64,000 bases of DNA from Symbiobacterium thermophilum (GTDB taxonomy: Bacteria; Bacillota; Sulfobacillia; UBA995), in contig DYFO01000002.1 in NCBI GenBank assembly GCA_020725145.1, positions 7,777 to 71,776 on the forward strand, given 5' to 3'. The notes under the pieces are model-generated. The model did not search any database, was not told the DNA's origin, and saw only the letters and a list, made by a program, of their open reading frames with translations. A program made the position numbers and the translations under genes. Shown in pieces: positions 36,456-46,250 of the stretch. Positions within the stretch are counted from its first letter, which is position 1. Each line of letters starts with the position of its first letter.

Positions 36456-37168
36456 CGCGCACCTCCCCCCGCCCGGGCTGCCCGGACCAGTCCCTCGAAG
36501 AGGCGCAGGGCGGCGGCATGCCGTTCCCACATCGTTTCGGGGTGCCACTGCACGCCCAGCACGAAGTGATCCCCCCCTTGGCGCTCGATGGCCTCTATCA
36601 CTCCGTCCGGAGCCCATGCGGAGGCCGCGAACCCCCCGGGGATCACGCGTATCGCCTGGTGGTGGAAGCTGTTGACGCGAAGGCTGTTCACCCCCAGAAG
36701 CTCCCCGAGCATCGAGCCGGGCGCGATGCTGACGGAGTGCGTGGGGTGCCAACGTGGAGCCTGCTGGACGTGCTTCAGCGCCCGGGGGAGCTGGCGGGCA
36801 AGATCCTGGTACAGCCGCCCACCGGCCGCGACGGCCAGAACCTGCGCACCCCTGCATATTCCCAGCAGTGGGACGCCGGTGGCCAGCGCCTGGCGGGCCA
36901 GGGCCAACTCCACCATGTCACGCTCGGGCTCCACCCTCCCCAGTCCGGGTTGCGGGTCCTCTTCGTACCAGTGCGGATCGACGTCGACTCCTCCCGGCAG
37001 CATCAGCCCGTCCAGTTCGTCAAGCGTCTCAACCACCACGTCAACCTGGCTCAAAACGGGCAGGATCACCGGTCTGCCGCCCGCCCGCGCTACGGCCTCC
37101 GCATGCGGATGCTGCAAGGTTCCTCCTTCGGGATCGACGGCGGCGACGATGCCGATCAGCGGTCGCAG
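36452..37168 (-). CDS. Class-I glutamine amidotransferase / gamma-glutamyl hydrolase (peptidase C26, PuuD-like)
   Basis: GICRGAQVL and NSFHHQA motifs. The family-typical N-terminus (LRPLIGIVAAVD...) is only recovered if translation starts at a CTG at about 37168, 7 nt after GGAGGTG. Confidence 0.75.
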   Translation of the reverse strand: MRPLIGIVAAVDPEGGTLQHPHAEAVARAGGRPVILPVLSQVDVVVETLDELDGLMLPGGVDVDPHWYEEDPQPGLGRVEPERDMVELALARQALATGVPLLGICRGAQVLAVAAGGRLYQDLARQLPRALKHVQQAPRWHPTHSVSIAPGSMLGELLGVNSLRVNSFHHQAIRVIPGGFAASAWAPDGVIEAIERQGGDHFVLGVQWHPETMWERHAAALRLFEGLVRAARAGGGAR

Positions 37169-37184
37169 CGGATGACACCTCCTT

Positions 37185-38174
37185 TCAGGTCGGCGGTGCG
37201 GTATCGCCCGCGAACCATTTCCGGTAGGCCTGGAGGGCGGGCACGCCTCCGGTGTGCCAAAAGACGACCGTCTGGCCGCGTTCGAACACCCCCTTGCGAA
37301 CGAGGTCGACCAGGCCGGCCATGGCCTTGCCGGTGTAGACGGGGTCGAGGAGCAGGCCCTCGGTGCGGGCCACCAGGCGGATCGCCTCGCGGCAGTCCTC
37401 GGTCATGACTCCATAACCGGGTCCGAAATAGCAGTCGTGGACCACGACCGCGTCGGCTGCGGGAGGATCCACGCCCAGCAGCCGGGCAGTCTCGTCCGCC
37501 AGGCGGGCAACCAGCGGGACCAGAACCTCACGCGGGCGCGACACGCTCACCCCGTGCACCCGCGGACCACCGAACCAGGCCCCGGCTCCCACCACTAGTC
37601 CGGCCTGGGTTCCTCCCGATCCGCTGGCGACCACGACGTGATCAACACGGCAGGTTGCCTGCCGTTCCAGCTCCCGCATCGCTTCCACGTAACCGGCGGC
37701 GCCCAGGGCGGTCGAACCCCCCAGCGGGATGACGTACGGGCGGTGGCCGGCGGCCCGGGCATCTTCTTCCAGGCAGGCAAGCTCCACGGCGATCGCCGCC
37801 TCGTCGGTGGTGTCCACGAAGCGCAGGTGGGCCCCAAACAAGCGGTCAAAGAGGAGATTGCCCTCTGCTTCGGCAGGCTGGGGACCCGTCAGCAGAAGAT
37901 AGGGTTCCAGGCCGAGGCGGCGACAGGCCGCGGCGGTCATGCGGCAGTGATTGGACTGCGGTCCTCCCACCGTCACCACCGCGGTGCATTCACGGCCGAG
38001 GGCCTCCGCCATCAGGTACTCAAGCTTGCGCGCCTTGTTTCCCCCGGTAGCCAGGCCGGTCTGATCGTCGCGCTTGATCAGCACGGTAGGCCCGCCGAGG
38101 GCGGCCGATAACCGGGGGGCTTCCTCCAGGGGCGTGGGCAGAAACGCAAGTCGGACGCGCGGCGGTACGAACAG
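37185..38174 (-). CDS. PLP-dependent D-cysteine desulfhydrase / ACC deaminase family protein
   Basis: LIKRDDQTGLATGGNKARKLEYL motif. The conserved N-terminal segment (LPTPLEEAPRLSAALGGPT) is in frame upstream of the track start. A probable CTG start at about 38174 follows GGGGAGGAAG. Confidence 0.75.
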   Translation of the reverse strand: MFVPPRVRLAFLPTPLEEAPRLSAALGGPTVLIKRDDQTGLATGGNKARKLEYLMAEALGRECTAVVTVGGPQSNHCRMTAAACRRLGLEPYLLLTGPQPAEAEGNLLFDRLFGAHLRFVDTTDEAAIAVELACLEEDARAAGHRPYVIPLGGSTALGAAGYVEAMRELERQATCRVDHVVVASGSGGTQAGLVVGAGAWFGGPRVHGVSVSRPREVLVPLVARLADETARLLGVDPPAADAVVVHDCYFGPGYGVMTEDCREAIRLVARTEGLLLDPVYTGKAMAGLVDLVRKGVFERGQTVVFWHTGGVPALQAYRKWFAGDTAPPT

Positions 38175-38188
38175 GGTGCTTCCTCCCC

Positions 38189-39319
38189 TCAGTGCAGGTA
38201 CACTCGCGGCACACGTGGGCTCAGGCCGGTGAGGATCTCATGGGCAATGGTGCCTGCCCGTCCGGCCAGTTCGTCGGCGTCGACGGTTTGGGCTCCCTGG
38301 CTGCCCAGCAGGACGACCTCCTCACCGACGCTTACTTTCAGCGCGTCGGGAACCTCCACCATCATCTGGTCCATGCAGACCCTGCCGATCACCGGACATC
38401 GCCGTCCACCCACCAGCACTTCGGCGTTGTTCGACAGAAGCCGCGGGTAGCCATCGGCATATCCCACCGGGAGCGTGGCCACCATCGTAGGCCTGGTGGT
38501 CCGGAAGGTAGCGCCGTACCCCACGGACGATCCGGCAGGCAGACGCTTGACGTGCGACACCCGGGTCTTCCAGGAAAGAGGGGGGCGCAGGGGAACCTTC
38601 CGGGATACGTGTGGAGACGGCAGATAGCCGTACAGCGCCAGACCCGGCCGCACCATGTCCAGATGCGACTGGGGCAGGTCCAGGAGCGCCGCACTGTTCG
38701 CGGCATGCCGCATCGCGAATGTGGCACCGTAGCGGCCGAGTTCCTCCACGAAGTCCAGGAAAACCTCAAGCTGTCGGAGGGCAAAGGTCTTGTCGGCGTC
38801 GTCGGCCGTGGCGAAGTGGGTGTAGATTCCTTCCACACGGACACCACGGAGGTTCAAGATAGCGAGGGCCTCCTCCCGGCCGGCGGGGCCGGGAAGTATG
38901 CCCAGGCGGCCCATCCCCGTGTCGACCTTGAGGTGCACCCTGGCCTCAAGGCCGGCATCCGCCACGCGCGAAAAGGCTTTGGCCCCCTCGAGGCTGCTCA
39001 CGGTGGCCGCCAATCCTTCTTCTACCACCGCCGCCGCCTGACCGGGGGGCGTCCACCCCAGAACGAGTATGGGGCCGTCGACTCCCGCACGGCGCAGCGC
39101 GAAACCCTCCTCGGGGATGGCCACTCCCAGCCACTCGGCGCCCGCCTCGCGGGCGCGAAGCGCGACCTGCACGGCACCGTGGCCGTAAGCGTCGGCTTTG
39201 ACCACCGCCATCAGCGCTGCGCGTCCGGCGCAAGCTTTCAGCGCCCGCACGTTTGCCGCCAGCACCCCGAGATCGATCTCTGCCCAGGTGGGCCGCACCT
39301 GTCGGGTCACCGCCGTCAC
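38189..39319 (-). CDS. alr: Alanine racemase
   Basis: 376 aa with the PLP-lysine motif AVVKADAYGHG and YGYxP-type C-terminal domain. Confidence 0.9.
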   Translation of the reverse strand: MTAVTRQVRPTWAEIDLGVLAANVRALKACAGRAALMAVVKADAYGHGAVQVALRAREAGAEWLGVAIPEEGFALRRAGVDGPILVLGWTPPGQAAAVVEEGLAATVSSLEGAKAFSRVADAGLEARVHLKVDTGMGRLGILPGPAGREEALAILNLRGVRVEGIYTHFATADDADKTFALRQLEVFLDFVEELGRYGATFAMRHAANSAALLDLPQSHLDMVRPGLALYGYLPSPHVSRKVPLRPPLSWKTRVSHVKRLPAGSSVGYGATFRTTRPTMVATLPVGYADGYPRLLSNNAEVLVGGRRCPVIGRVCMDQMMVEVPDALKVSVGEEVVLLGSQGAQTVDADELAGRAGTIAHEILTGLSPRVPRVYLH

Positions 39320-40860
39320 CTCGCCGCGTTGGAGTTCGTCGAGGCCGCCTCCAGCCCCGCCCGGGCGGCCGGCAACCGGCTCAGGAGATCCCGGGCGATG
39401 ACTCCCGCCTTTCCCATCTCCTGCCCGGCCAGGTCGCCGGCCCGCCGGTGCAGGTGTACTCCCAGGGCCGCGGCCCGCTCGGGAGCCAGCCCCTGGGCCA
39501 ACAACCCGGCGATGACGCCGGTGAGCACGTCACCACTCCCTGCCGTGGCCAGCGCGGGATTGCCGCCCGGGTCCAGCCACGCCCGGCCGTCGGCGAGGGC
39601 TACCACCGTGCCCGCGCCTTTGAGCACCACGATGACTCCCCACCTGCCGGCGGCCGCGCGGGCGCAGGCAATGCGGTCGGCGTTGATGGCCTCCACCGTC
39701 AGACCGGTCAGGCGGGCCATCTCGCCGGGATGGGGGGTAAGCACCACATCGGGGCGAAGCACCGACCTCAACTCCGCGGGGTCCAACCGTGCCAGGGCGT
39801 TCAGCGCGTCGGCATCTACTACTACCGGGCAGCTGACCCGTTTCAGTATGCCGGCTACCAGGCCGGTGAGCCCCGGATCGGCACCCATCCCCGGGCCTAC
39901 CGCCAGGGCGGCCGGTCGCCGTGCCAGGACCGTGTCCAGCCACCCTCCTGCTTCGGCCGGCCAGCCGCCGTCGCCGACTCCCAGCGTCATCAGCTCGGGC
40001 GCCGCCGCGGTCACCTCCAGGTCCAGCGGGGCAGGCGTGATGACGCTGGCCAGTCCCGACCCCGCCCGCAGGGCTCCCAGCCCCGCCAGAATGGCCGCCC
40101 CCAGGAAGCCGCGGGAGCCGCCCACGACCACCGTGTGTCCGAAAGTGCCCTTGTGTCCCCAGGGAGGACGGTCCGGCAGCATGCCGGAGGCAAGTTGTGG
40201 GGTGAGCAGCCGCGTGGCCGGAGGATAGCGTTCGATCACCGTGCGCGGCAGCGAGATGTTCACGATCCGAACCTCACCCACCTCCGCCGCCCCCGGGTAC
40301 AGATACAGCCCGGGTTTCGGCAGCCCGAAGGTGGCCGTAACCTGAGCCCGGACGCACACCCCGGGTACCTGTCCGGTGTCGGCATCCAGCCCCGAGGGAA
40401 CGTCCAGCGCCAGTACCGGTCGGTCCCATTCCCGGACGCGGGAGATGATCGCGGCCATGGTCCCCCGGGGTGGACCCTTCAGGCCCGTGCCTAGCAACGC
40501 ATCCACTATCAAGTCGGCTGCCTGCGCCCTCCCCGCCTGCTCGCCTCCCTCGTGGACGGCTACCCCGGCCCCCTTGGCGGCCCGCAGGTTCTCCAAGGCG
40601 ATGCCGCGGGGCTGACCGAACAGGAAGACTTCCGCCTCAATGCCGGCACCCGCGAGGTGCCGGGCCAGCACCAGGCCGTCGCCGCCGTTGTGCCCCGGCC
40701 CGGCCAGAACGGCTACCCGGCCCGGGCCGCGCAGCAGCTCCAGCGCAATACGGGCCGCCCCGGCGCCGGCGTTCTCCATGAGCACCAGGCCCGCGACCCC
40801 TGCTTCCTCGGCGGCCGCCCGGTCCAGCCGTCTCATCTCCTCCGCCGTAACCAGGTACAC
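39316..40860 (-). CDS. nnr: Bifunctional NAD(P)H-hydrate repair enzyme (epimerase/dehydratase, YjeF)
   Basis: 514 aa with N-terminal YjeF-N (GPGHNGGDG) and a C-terminal carbohydrate-kinase-like domain (GPGMG, GSGDVLTG). Confidence 0.85.
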   Translation of the reverse strand: MYLVTAEEMRRLDRAAAEEAGVAGLVLMENAGAGAARIALELLRGPGRVAVLAGPGHNGGDGLVLARHLAGAGIEAEVFLFGQPRGIALENLRAAKGAGVAVHEGGEQAGRAQAADLIVDALLGTGLKGPPRGTMAAIISRVREWDRPVLALDVPSGLDADTGQVPGVCVRAQVTATFGLPKPGLYLYPGAAEVGEVRIVNISLPRTVIERYPPATRLLTPQLASGMLPDRPPWGHKGTFGHTVVVGGSRGFLGAAILAGLGALRAGSGLASVITPAPLDLEVTAAAPELMTLGVGDGGWPAEAGGWLDTVLARRPAALAVGPGMGADPGLTGLVAGILKRVSCPVVVDADALNALARLDPAELRSVLRPDVVLTPHPGEMARLTGLTVEAINADRIACARAAAGRWGVIVVLKGAGTVVALADGRAWLDPGGNPALATAGSGDVLTGVIAGLLAQGLAPERAAALGVHLHRRAGDLAGQEMGKAGVIARDLLSRLPAARAGLEAASTNSNAAR

Positions 40861-40863
40861 GGA

Positions 40864-41295
40864 CTAACCCCCCAGCGCGATCACCACCGCCGCCGCCAGT
40901 TCTGCGGTGTGGGTGATGCTCACCATGAACCTTTCGATTCCCCGACGGCGGGCCTCCTCGCCCAGCCGGCCACCAACGCTGACCTGCGGCGCCCCCAGCT
41001 CATCGCGGGTCACCGCGATCTCCCGCCAGTTTCCCAAGCGCAGGCCGGTACCCATGGCCTTGAGCACCGCCTCCTTCGCCGCCAGACGCCCTGCCAGTCG
41101 CCTCGCCTGCCCCCGGCAGCACTCGAGTTCCTCGGACGTGTAGAGGCGCTGCAAAAAGCGGCGGTCCCAGCGGGCAATCGCCGCTCGCACCCGGTTTACT
41201 TCCACGAGGTCCAGGCCCACTCCCAGCACGCGGCCTGGCGGTTCGGCGGACGGCTTGCCGCCGCGTGGATGGGTAATCCGTCGTCTCCCCGACAC
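40864..41295 (-). CDS. acpS: Holo-[acyl-carrier-protein] synthase
   Basis: Core LGVGLDLVEVNRV...AAKEAVLKA...ISITH-like. The start is either GTG at 41295 (7 nt after an AGGAGAAGG RBS) or GTG at 41229. The track start at 41373 looks over-extended. Confidence 0.8.
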   Translation of the reverse strand: MSGRRRITHPRGGKPSAEPPGRVLGVGLDLVEVNRVRAAIARWDRRFLQRLYTSEELECCRGQARRLAGRLAAKEAVLKAMGTGLRLGNWREIAVTRDELGAPQVSVGGRLGEEARRRGIERFMVSITHTAELAAAVVIALGG

Positions 41296-41327
41296 GATCC
41301 TTCTCCTGCCCCCAAGGTCTCCTCCCC

Positions 41328-41356
41328 ATTCTACATTGGCCAACTTCGACCGTCCA
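41328..41356 (-). promoter_or_regulatory. Putative sigma-A promoter upstream of acpS
   Basis: Minus strand reads TGGACG-17 nt-TAGAAT, about 30 nt upstream of the RBS-linked GTG at 41295. Confidence 0.4.
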
Positions 41357-41454
41357 GCAGGCCCCGCGCGCATTGCAGGCTGGTCATCGGCGATCTTGCG
41401 GTCCGGAGAAAACCCGGCTTCCGGTCCGGCCTCAAGTACTGTCAGGTGCGGGAC

Positions 41455-43287
41455 CTACTCCACCGTCACGCTCTTGGCCAGGTTGCGGGGTTTGTCGACG
41501 TCGCAGCCCCGTGCCACGGCGGCATGGTAGGCCAGCAGCTGCAGCGGGATGGCGGCCAGCACGGGAACCAGCAACCCCTCCACCGGGGGCACCGTCAGCA
41601 AGTGGTCGCAGTGCCGGGCAATATCACGGTCGCCTTCGCGCACCACACCCACCACCGTGGCCCCGCGGGCCTTCACTTCAGTGATGTTGGAAGCCATCTT
41701 CTCCCGCAACGCGACTTGCGTGGCCAGGGCGATCACCGGAACTCCCTCAACGACCAACGCCAGCGTCCCGTGTTTTAGCTCACCGGCCGGATAGGCCTCG
41801 GCGTGGATGTAGGAAATCTCCTTGAGCTTGAGCTGCCCTTCAAGCGCTAGTGCGTGGTCGAGGCCGCGACCGATGAAGAAGACATCATCCCGCTCGGTCC
41901 ACGCCGCGGCCAGTTCCCGCGTTGCGGCGTCGTTTGCGTCGAGCACCGACCGCGCCATGTCGGGGAGCCGGGTCAGCGCGCCGACGTAGGCGGAAAGCGA
42001 GGCAGGTTCGAGCCGTCCGCGCAGCTCCGCCAGCTTCAGCGCCAGCAGGGTAAGCACCAGTATCTGGGTGGTATAGGCCTTGGTGGAGGCCACCGCGATC
42101 TCCGGACCGGCTCGGGTGTAAAGCGCGGTGTCCGCCTCGCGGGCTACCGAGCTTCCCATCACATTGGTGATGGCCAGCGTGCGTGCCCCGCGGCGCCGAC
42201 ACTCGCGCAAGGCCTCGAGCGTGTCCGCGGTCTCCCCGGACTGACTGACCAGGATGGCCAAGTCTCCCGGCCGCACCAGCGGGTCGCGGTAGCGGAACTC
42301 CGAAGCCACATCTACCTCCGCCGGGACCCGTGCCAGCCGCTCCAGCAGGTGTTTGCCCACCAGCGCCGCATGGTAGGCGGTGCCGCACGCGGTCAAAAAC
42401 ACCCGGTCCAGGGCTTTGGCCGCGTCGGGGCCGAGGTCCAGTTCGTCGAGGCGAATGCCCCGCTCGATCCGTCCCGCCAGCGTATCGGCCAGGGCCCGGG
42501 GTTGCTCGTGGATCTCCTTGAGCATGAAGTGCGGGTAACCCCCGCGCTCGGCATGCTCCGGAGCCCAGGTGACGTGGAACACCGGCTTGAGCACGGGGCG
42601 GCCGTCGATCGTCAACACCCTCACCGCGTCCGGTGTCACCACCGCCACTTCCCCGTCATCCAGGATATAGGTGTCGCGCGTGTAGTTCAGGATGGCCGGG
42701 ATGTCCGACGCCAGGAAACTCTCCCCGCTTGACAGCCCGACCACCAGCGGGCTCCCCCGGCGGACGCCGACGACCAGGCCCGGTTCCCTGACACAGGTCA
42801 CGGCCAGCGCGAACGACCCCCGCAACCCGGTGGCCACCTGGCGGACGGCCACTTCCAGCGAGCCGTCGTAGGCATCCTCGAGCAGGTGCGAGATGACCTC
42901 GGTGTCGGTCTCCGACAGGAAGCGGTGTCCTTTGAGGAGCAGCGCATCCTTCAGTTCCAGGTAGTTCTCGATGATCCCGTTGTGCACCACCGCCAGCCCG
43001 CCCGTGCAGTCCAGATGGGGATGGGCGTTGGCCTCGGATGGGGCGCCATGGGTCGCCCAGCGTGTATGACCGATTCCGGTGGTGCCGGTTGGCGAAACGC
43101 CGTGAAGACGCGGCTCCAGGGCGACGATCTTGCCCTTCGCCCGGGCGACGGTGAGCCGACCGTCGTGAAGAACGGCGACTCCCGCAGAGTCGTAACCCCG
43201 GTATTCAAGGCGACGCAGCCCGTCCAGCAGTATCGGCAGGGCAGGGCGACGTCCGACGTAGCCGACTATGCCGCACATCAAGCTCAC
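41455..43287 (-). CDS. glmS: Glutamine--fructose-6-phosphate aminotransferase
   Basis: 610 aa with the N-terminal nucleophile MCGIVGYVG, two SIS domains and C-terminal AKSVTVE. Confidence 0.95.
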   Translation of the reverse strand: MSLMCGIVGYVGRRPALPILLDGLRRLEYRGYDSAGVAVLHDGRLTVARAKGKIVALEPRLHGVSPTGTTGIGHTRWATHGAPSEANAHPHLDCTGGLAVVHNGIIENYLELKDALLLKGHRFLSETDTEVISHLLEDAYDGSLEVAVRQVATGLRGSFALAVTCVREPGLVVGVRRGSPLVVGLSSGESFLASDIPAILNYTRDTYILDDGEVAVVTPDAVRVLTIDGRPVLKPVFHVTWAPEHAERGGYPHFMLKEIHEQPRALADTLAGRIERGIRLDELDLGPDAAKALDRVFLTACGTAYHAALVGKHLLERLARVPAEVDVASEFRYRDPLVRPGDLAILVSQSGETADTLEALRECRRRGARTLAITNVMGSSVAREADTALYTRAGPEIAVASTKAYTTQILVLTLLALKLAELRGRLEPASLSAYVGALTRLPDMARSVLDANDAATRELAAAWTERDDVFFIGRGLDHALALEGQLKLKEISYIHAEAYPAGELKHGTLALVVEGVPVIALATQVALREKMASNITEVKARGATVVGVVREGDRDIARHCDHLLTVPPVEGLLVPVLAAIPLQLLAYHAAVARGCDVDKPRNLAKSVTVE

Positions 43288-43349
43288 CCTCTTCGTCGAG
43301 ATTCGGGGATCGGTCTTGACAAGCTAAAGGCCGCACTCCTCCAGAGGAA

Positions 43350-43540
43350 GAGCGCGGCCAAAACCCCGATACGGGACAAAGCCCCAGATCGGCTGCTCCC
43401 ACCCGGACCCTTTTGTACCCGCAGTCGCCTGGGGTTTTGTCAGGTCCGTGACGGTCATGGGGGACCGCCGGTCACCCGCCGATGTTCCGAGATCCCGGTC
43501 CTCGTCAGCTCCTCCGCACGGGGAGCCCTGGCGCTTGGTC
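43350..43540 (-). ncRNA. glmS ribozyme (GlcN6P-dependent self-cleaving leader)
   Basis: The minus strand of the 318-nt glmS leader reads A-AGCGCCAGGGCUCC...GGAGCUGACGAGGACCGGGAUCUCGGAACAUCGGCGGGUGACC... This matches the conserved core elements AGCGCC (cleavage site), GACGAGG and CGGCGG(A/G)UG. The boundaries are approximate. Confidence 0.75.
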
Positions 43541-43605
43541 AAAGCCTCCGCAGCCGTTCCATATCCGAGTCTGGTGTTTACGCTCTTCCCTGACAACTGC
43601 GCCCG

Positions 43606-44973
43606 CTACGGATCACCCCCTTTATCATACTCGAGTTCGCGCGCGATCGCTGCGGCCAGTTCTTCGGCCACCTTTTCGACCACCTCGGGGTCTTCTCCTT
43701 CCGCCATGACCCTCAGTACCGGCTCCGTTCCCGAAGCCCGCAGCACTACCCGGCCCTGCTCACCCAGCCGGCGGCGGGCTTCGGCTACCGCCTGCCGTAC
43801 CCCCGGGTGTTCGTCCGGCACCACCTTGCGGTTCACCCGCACGTTGACCAGGGCCTGCGGATAACGCGGCATCCGCGACGCCAGCGCTGACAGCGGCTGG
43901 CCTGTCATCGCCATGACCTCGAGCAGACGGACGGCGGTTGCAAGCCCGTCACCGGTCGTCCCGGTGTCGAGGAAGATCACGTGTCCCGACTGCTCTCCCC
44001 CCAACACCATGCCTTCTCGGAGCAATGCCTCAAGCACGTGGCGATCCCCGACGGGAGTGCGGACCACACGACCACCGTGGGCACGAAAGACGTGATCCAG
44101 TCCGAGATTGCTCATCACCGTAGCCACAATGCCGCGGCCCGGCAGGCGGCCTTGGCCAAGCAGGTGCAGCCCACAGATCGCCAGGATCTGATCACCGTCC
44201 ACCACCCGACCGTGCTCGTCGGCCGCGATCAGCCGGTCACCGTCGCCGTCCAGCGCGAGCCCTATCGCCGCCTGGTGTTCGATCACCGCCCGGCAGACGG
44301 CCTGGGGATTGGTGGACCCGCATCCCACGTTTATCCTCGCGCCGTCCGGCGAAGCGTGGATAGCCGTGACGTGCGCGCCGAGGCGTTCCAGCAACGCCGG
44401 AGCCAGGCGACAGGTGGCGCCGTGCGCGGGATCCACCACCACGTGCATGCCGTCCAGACGGAAGTCGGCCGTGGACACCAGCCGCTCAAGGTACATGTCG
44501 GCAAGCTCCGGCGCACGGTGCGCCCTTCCCACCAAAGTCCCGGTCGGCCGCGGTATCGTGTCCGCGGTGGCGAGGGCAGCCTGCTCTATCGCCTCCTCCA
44601 GCACCTCGGAGATCTTGTAACCCTCTCGCGAGAAAAGCTTGATCCCGTTGTCGATCACCGGGTTATGAGAGGCGGAGATCACCGCTCCGGCGTCCGCTCG
44701 CGCCTTGCGGGTGGCGAAGGCCACGCCCGGGGTAGAGAGCACTCCTGCTACCAGCGCGTCGGCCCCCGCCGACAGGATGCCCGCCACCAGCGCCGCCTCG
44801 AGCATGTCACCGGAGCAACGGGTATCCTTGCCGACCACGATGCGTGCCCGGCCGGAGCTCGGAGCCAAGCAGTGCGCGGCGGCCCGTCCCAAGCGGTAGG
44901 CCAGCTCCCCTGTCAGCTCAAGGTTGGCAATGCCTCGCACGCCGTCTGTCCCGAACAGTCTTGGCATGCTCAA
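43606..44973 (-). CDS. glmM: Phosphoglucosamine mutase
   Basis: 455 aa with LFGTDGVRG and the phosphoserine loop SASHNP. Confidence 0.95.
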   Translation of the reverse strand: MSMPRLFGTDGVRGIANLELTGELAYRLGRAAAHCLAPSSGRARIVVGKDTRCSGDMLEAALVAGILSAGADALVAGVLSTPGVAFATRKARADAGAVISASHNPVIDNGIKLFSREGYKISEVLEEAIEQAALATADTIPRPTGTLVGRAHRAPELADMYLERLVSTADFRLDGMHVVVDPAHGATCRLAPALLERLGAHVTAIHASPDGARINVGCGSTNPQAVCRAVIEHQAAIGLALDGDGDRLIAADEHGRVVDGDQILAICGLHLLGQGRLPGRGIVATVMSNLGLDHVFRAHGGRVVRTPVGDRHVLEALLREGMVLGGEQSGHVIFLDTGTTGDGLATAVRLLEVMAMTGQPLSALASRMPRYPQALVNVRVNRKVVPDEHPGVRQAVAEARRRLGEQGRVVLRASGTEPVLRVMAEGEDPEVVEKVAEELAAAIARELEYDKGGDP

Positions 44974-45020
44974 GCTCCACCTCCGCCGGGCATGCTTTCA
45001 GTATATGTTGCGCAGGTGAT

Positions 45021-46250
45021 CTAAGGCGACACCAGTTCCACGGTGACCTCGGCGGGCTCTACGCTTTCCGCCGTCAGTCCGGAGGGAACCCCTACCCGTA
45101 CCGGCAAAACGTAGCTACCTGCCGACCGATCCCCGACGTCGACCGCCGCCGTCACCTTGGCAGGCGACAGGGCGGCCAGTGCCTCGGGCGAACCGCGGAC
45201 GGTGACTTTGACCCGGTCGGGGATCGTGCGCGCGCGGAGGTGAGCGGGTTGATGGTGCACCTCCACCGCCACGCCTTCGAAGACCCGGAATTCACCGGTG
45301 GGGCGTACTTGCACGGTCACCGTCACCCGCGGGGGATCGATGAGATGGACGCCTTCGACAAGCTGAAGCGGCACCGACTGCGTGAAAGTCTCCCGGCGCC
45401 CCTCTACGACCACGGGTGCCGTATTGATCCAGCGCATCACCTGCAGGGCCCCAGGCTGGGCGACCACGGCTACCTCCGCCGGCGTTACCGACACCCCGGC
45501 CACAACAAATCCGGGATGGGGCACTCCTTCAAGCTGAACGTCGACCGGGACCATGACCGCGTCGGGCAGGCGAACTACCTGCACGACGACCTCGACCACC
45601 GCAGGGCTGGCCGTGACCTGTCCCAGCCGGTCGCCCGAGGCCGCCAGCACCTGCACGGGAACCTGGCGCCGAAGATCCGCAGCCGCACCGCTGACGTCCA
45701 CTTCCGCCACCGCCTGCGTGGCCAGCTCTACCCGCGACTCGGCACCGCTCACCGTGACCCGGGAGGTCGCCACCTCATGTCCGCCCAGTGCATGGCCGGT
45801 CGCCACCTCCCCCCTGAAGGCCACGCGCAGCGGCACCTGTCTGGTCACCAACCGATCCACGCGAACGGTGGCGAGCTCCATCGAAACCTGGGCAACTTCT
45901 ACGCCACGAGGCGGGCTGATCAGGATCTCGTACTCTCCCAGCCCGGGTCCGGCCCCCGACAGGTCCACGTAGACCTTGAATTCCTCCCGGGTCACGTGTT
46001 GAAGGATTCCCGACCTCCCGCGGGCCGTCAGGTTGACCGAAAGTGGCTCCCGGCTGACCACCACCAGACCGGGAGGGGGATCTGAGTACTTGACGGGAAG
46101 GCCGGTGAAGTTGCGTTCCTCGATGGGATTGCGGTCGGCAACGGCCTGCAGCCAGAGCAGGACGGCGATCGCCACCGCAAGAACCTTCAGTCCGCGATCT
46201 TGCTCCAGCCACCGGTCGGTCGTGGCCATCAGCAGCTTGCGCCTGGGCAT
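45021..46250 (-). CDS. cdaR: YbbR-domain protein CdaR (diadenylate cyclase regulator)
   Basis: 409 aa with an N-terminal TM (LKVLAVAIAVLLWL) followed by repeated YbbR-like beta modules. It occupies the conserved position between cdaA and glmM. Confidence 0.8.
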   Translation of the reverse strand: MPRRKLLMATTDRWLEQDRGLKVLAVAIAVLLWLQAVADRNPIEERNFTGLPVKYSDPPPGLVVVSREPLSVNLTARGRSGILQHVTREEFKVYVDLSGAGPGLGEYEILISPPRGVEVAQVSMELATVRVDRLVTRQVPLRVAFRGEVATGHALGGHEVATSRVTVSGAESRVELATQAVAEVDVSGAAADLRRQVPVQVLAASGDRLGQVTASPAVVEVVVQVVRLPDAVMVPVDVQLEGVPHPGFVVAGVSVTPAEVAVVAQPGALQVMRWINTAPVVVEGRRETFTQSVPLQLVEGVHLIDPPRVTVTVQVRPTGEFRVFEGVAVEVHHQPAHLRARTIPDRVKVTVRGSPEALAALSPAKVTAAVDVGDRSAGSYVLPVRVGVPSGLTAESVEPAEVTVELVSP

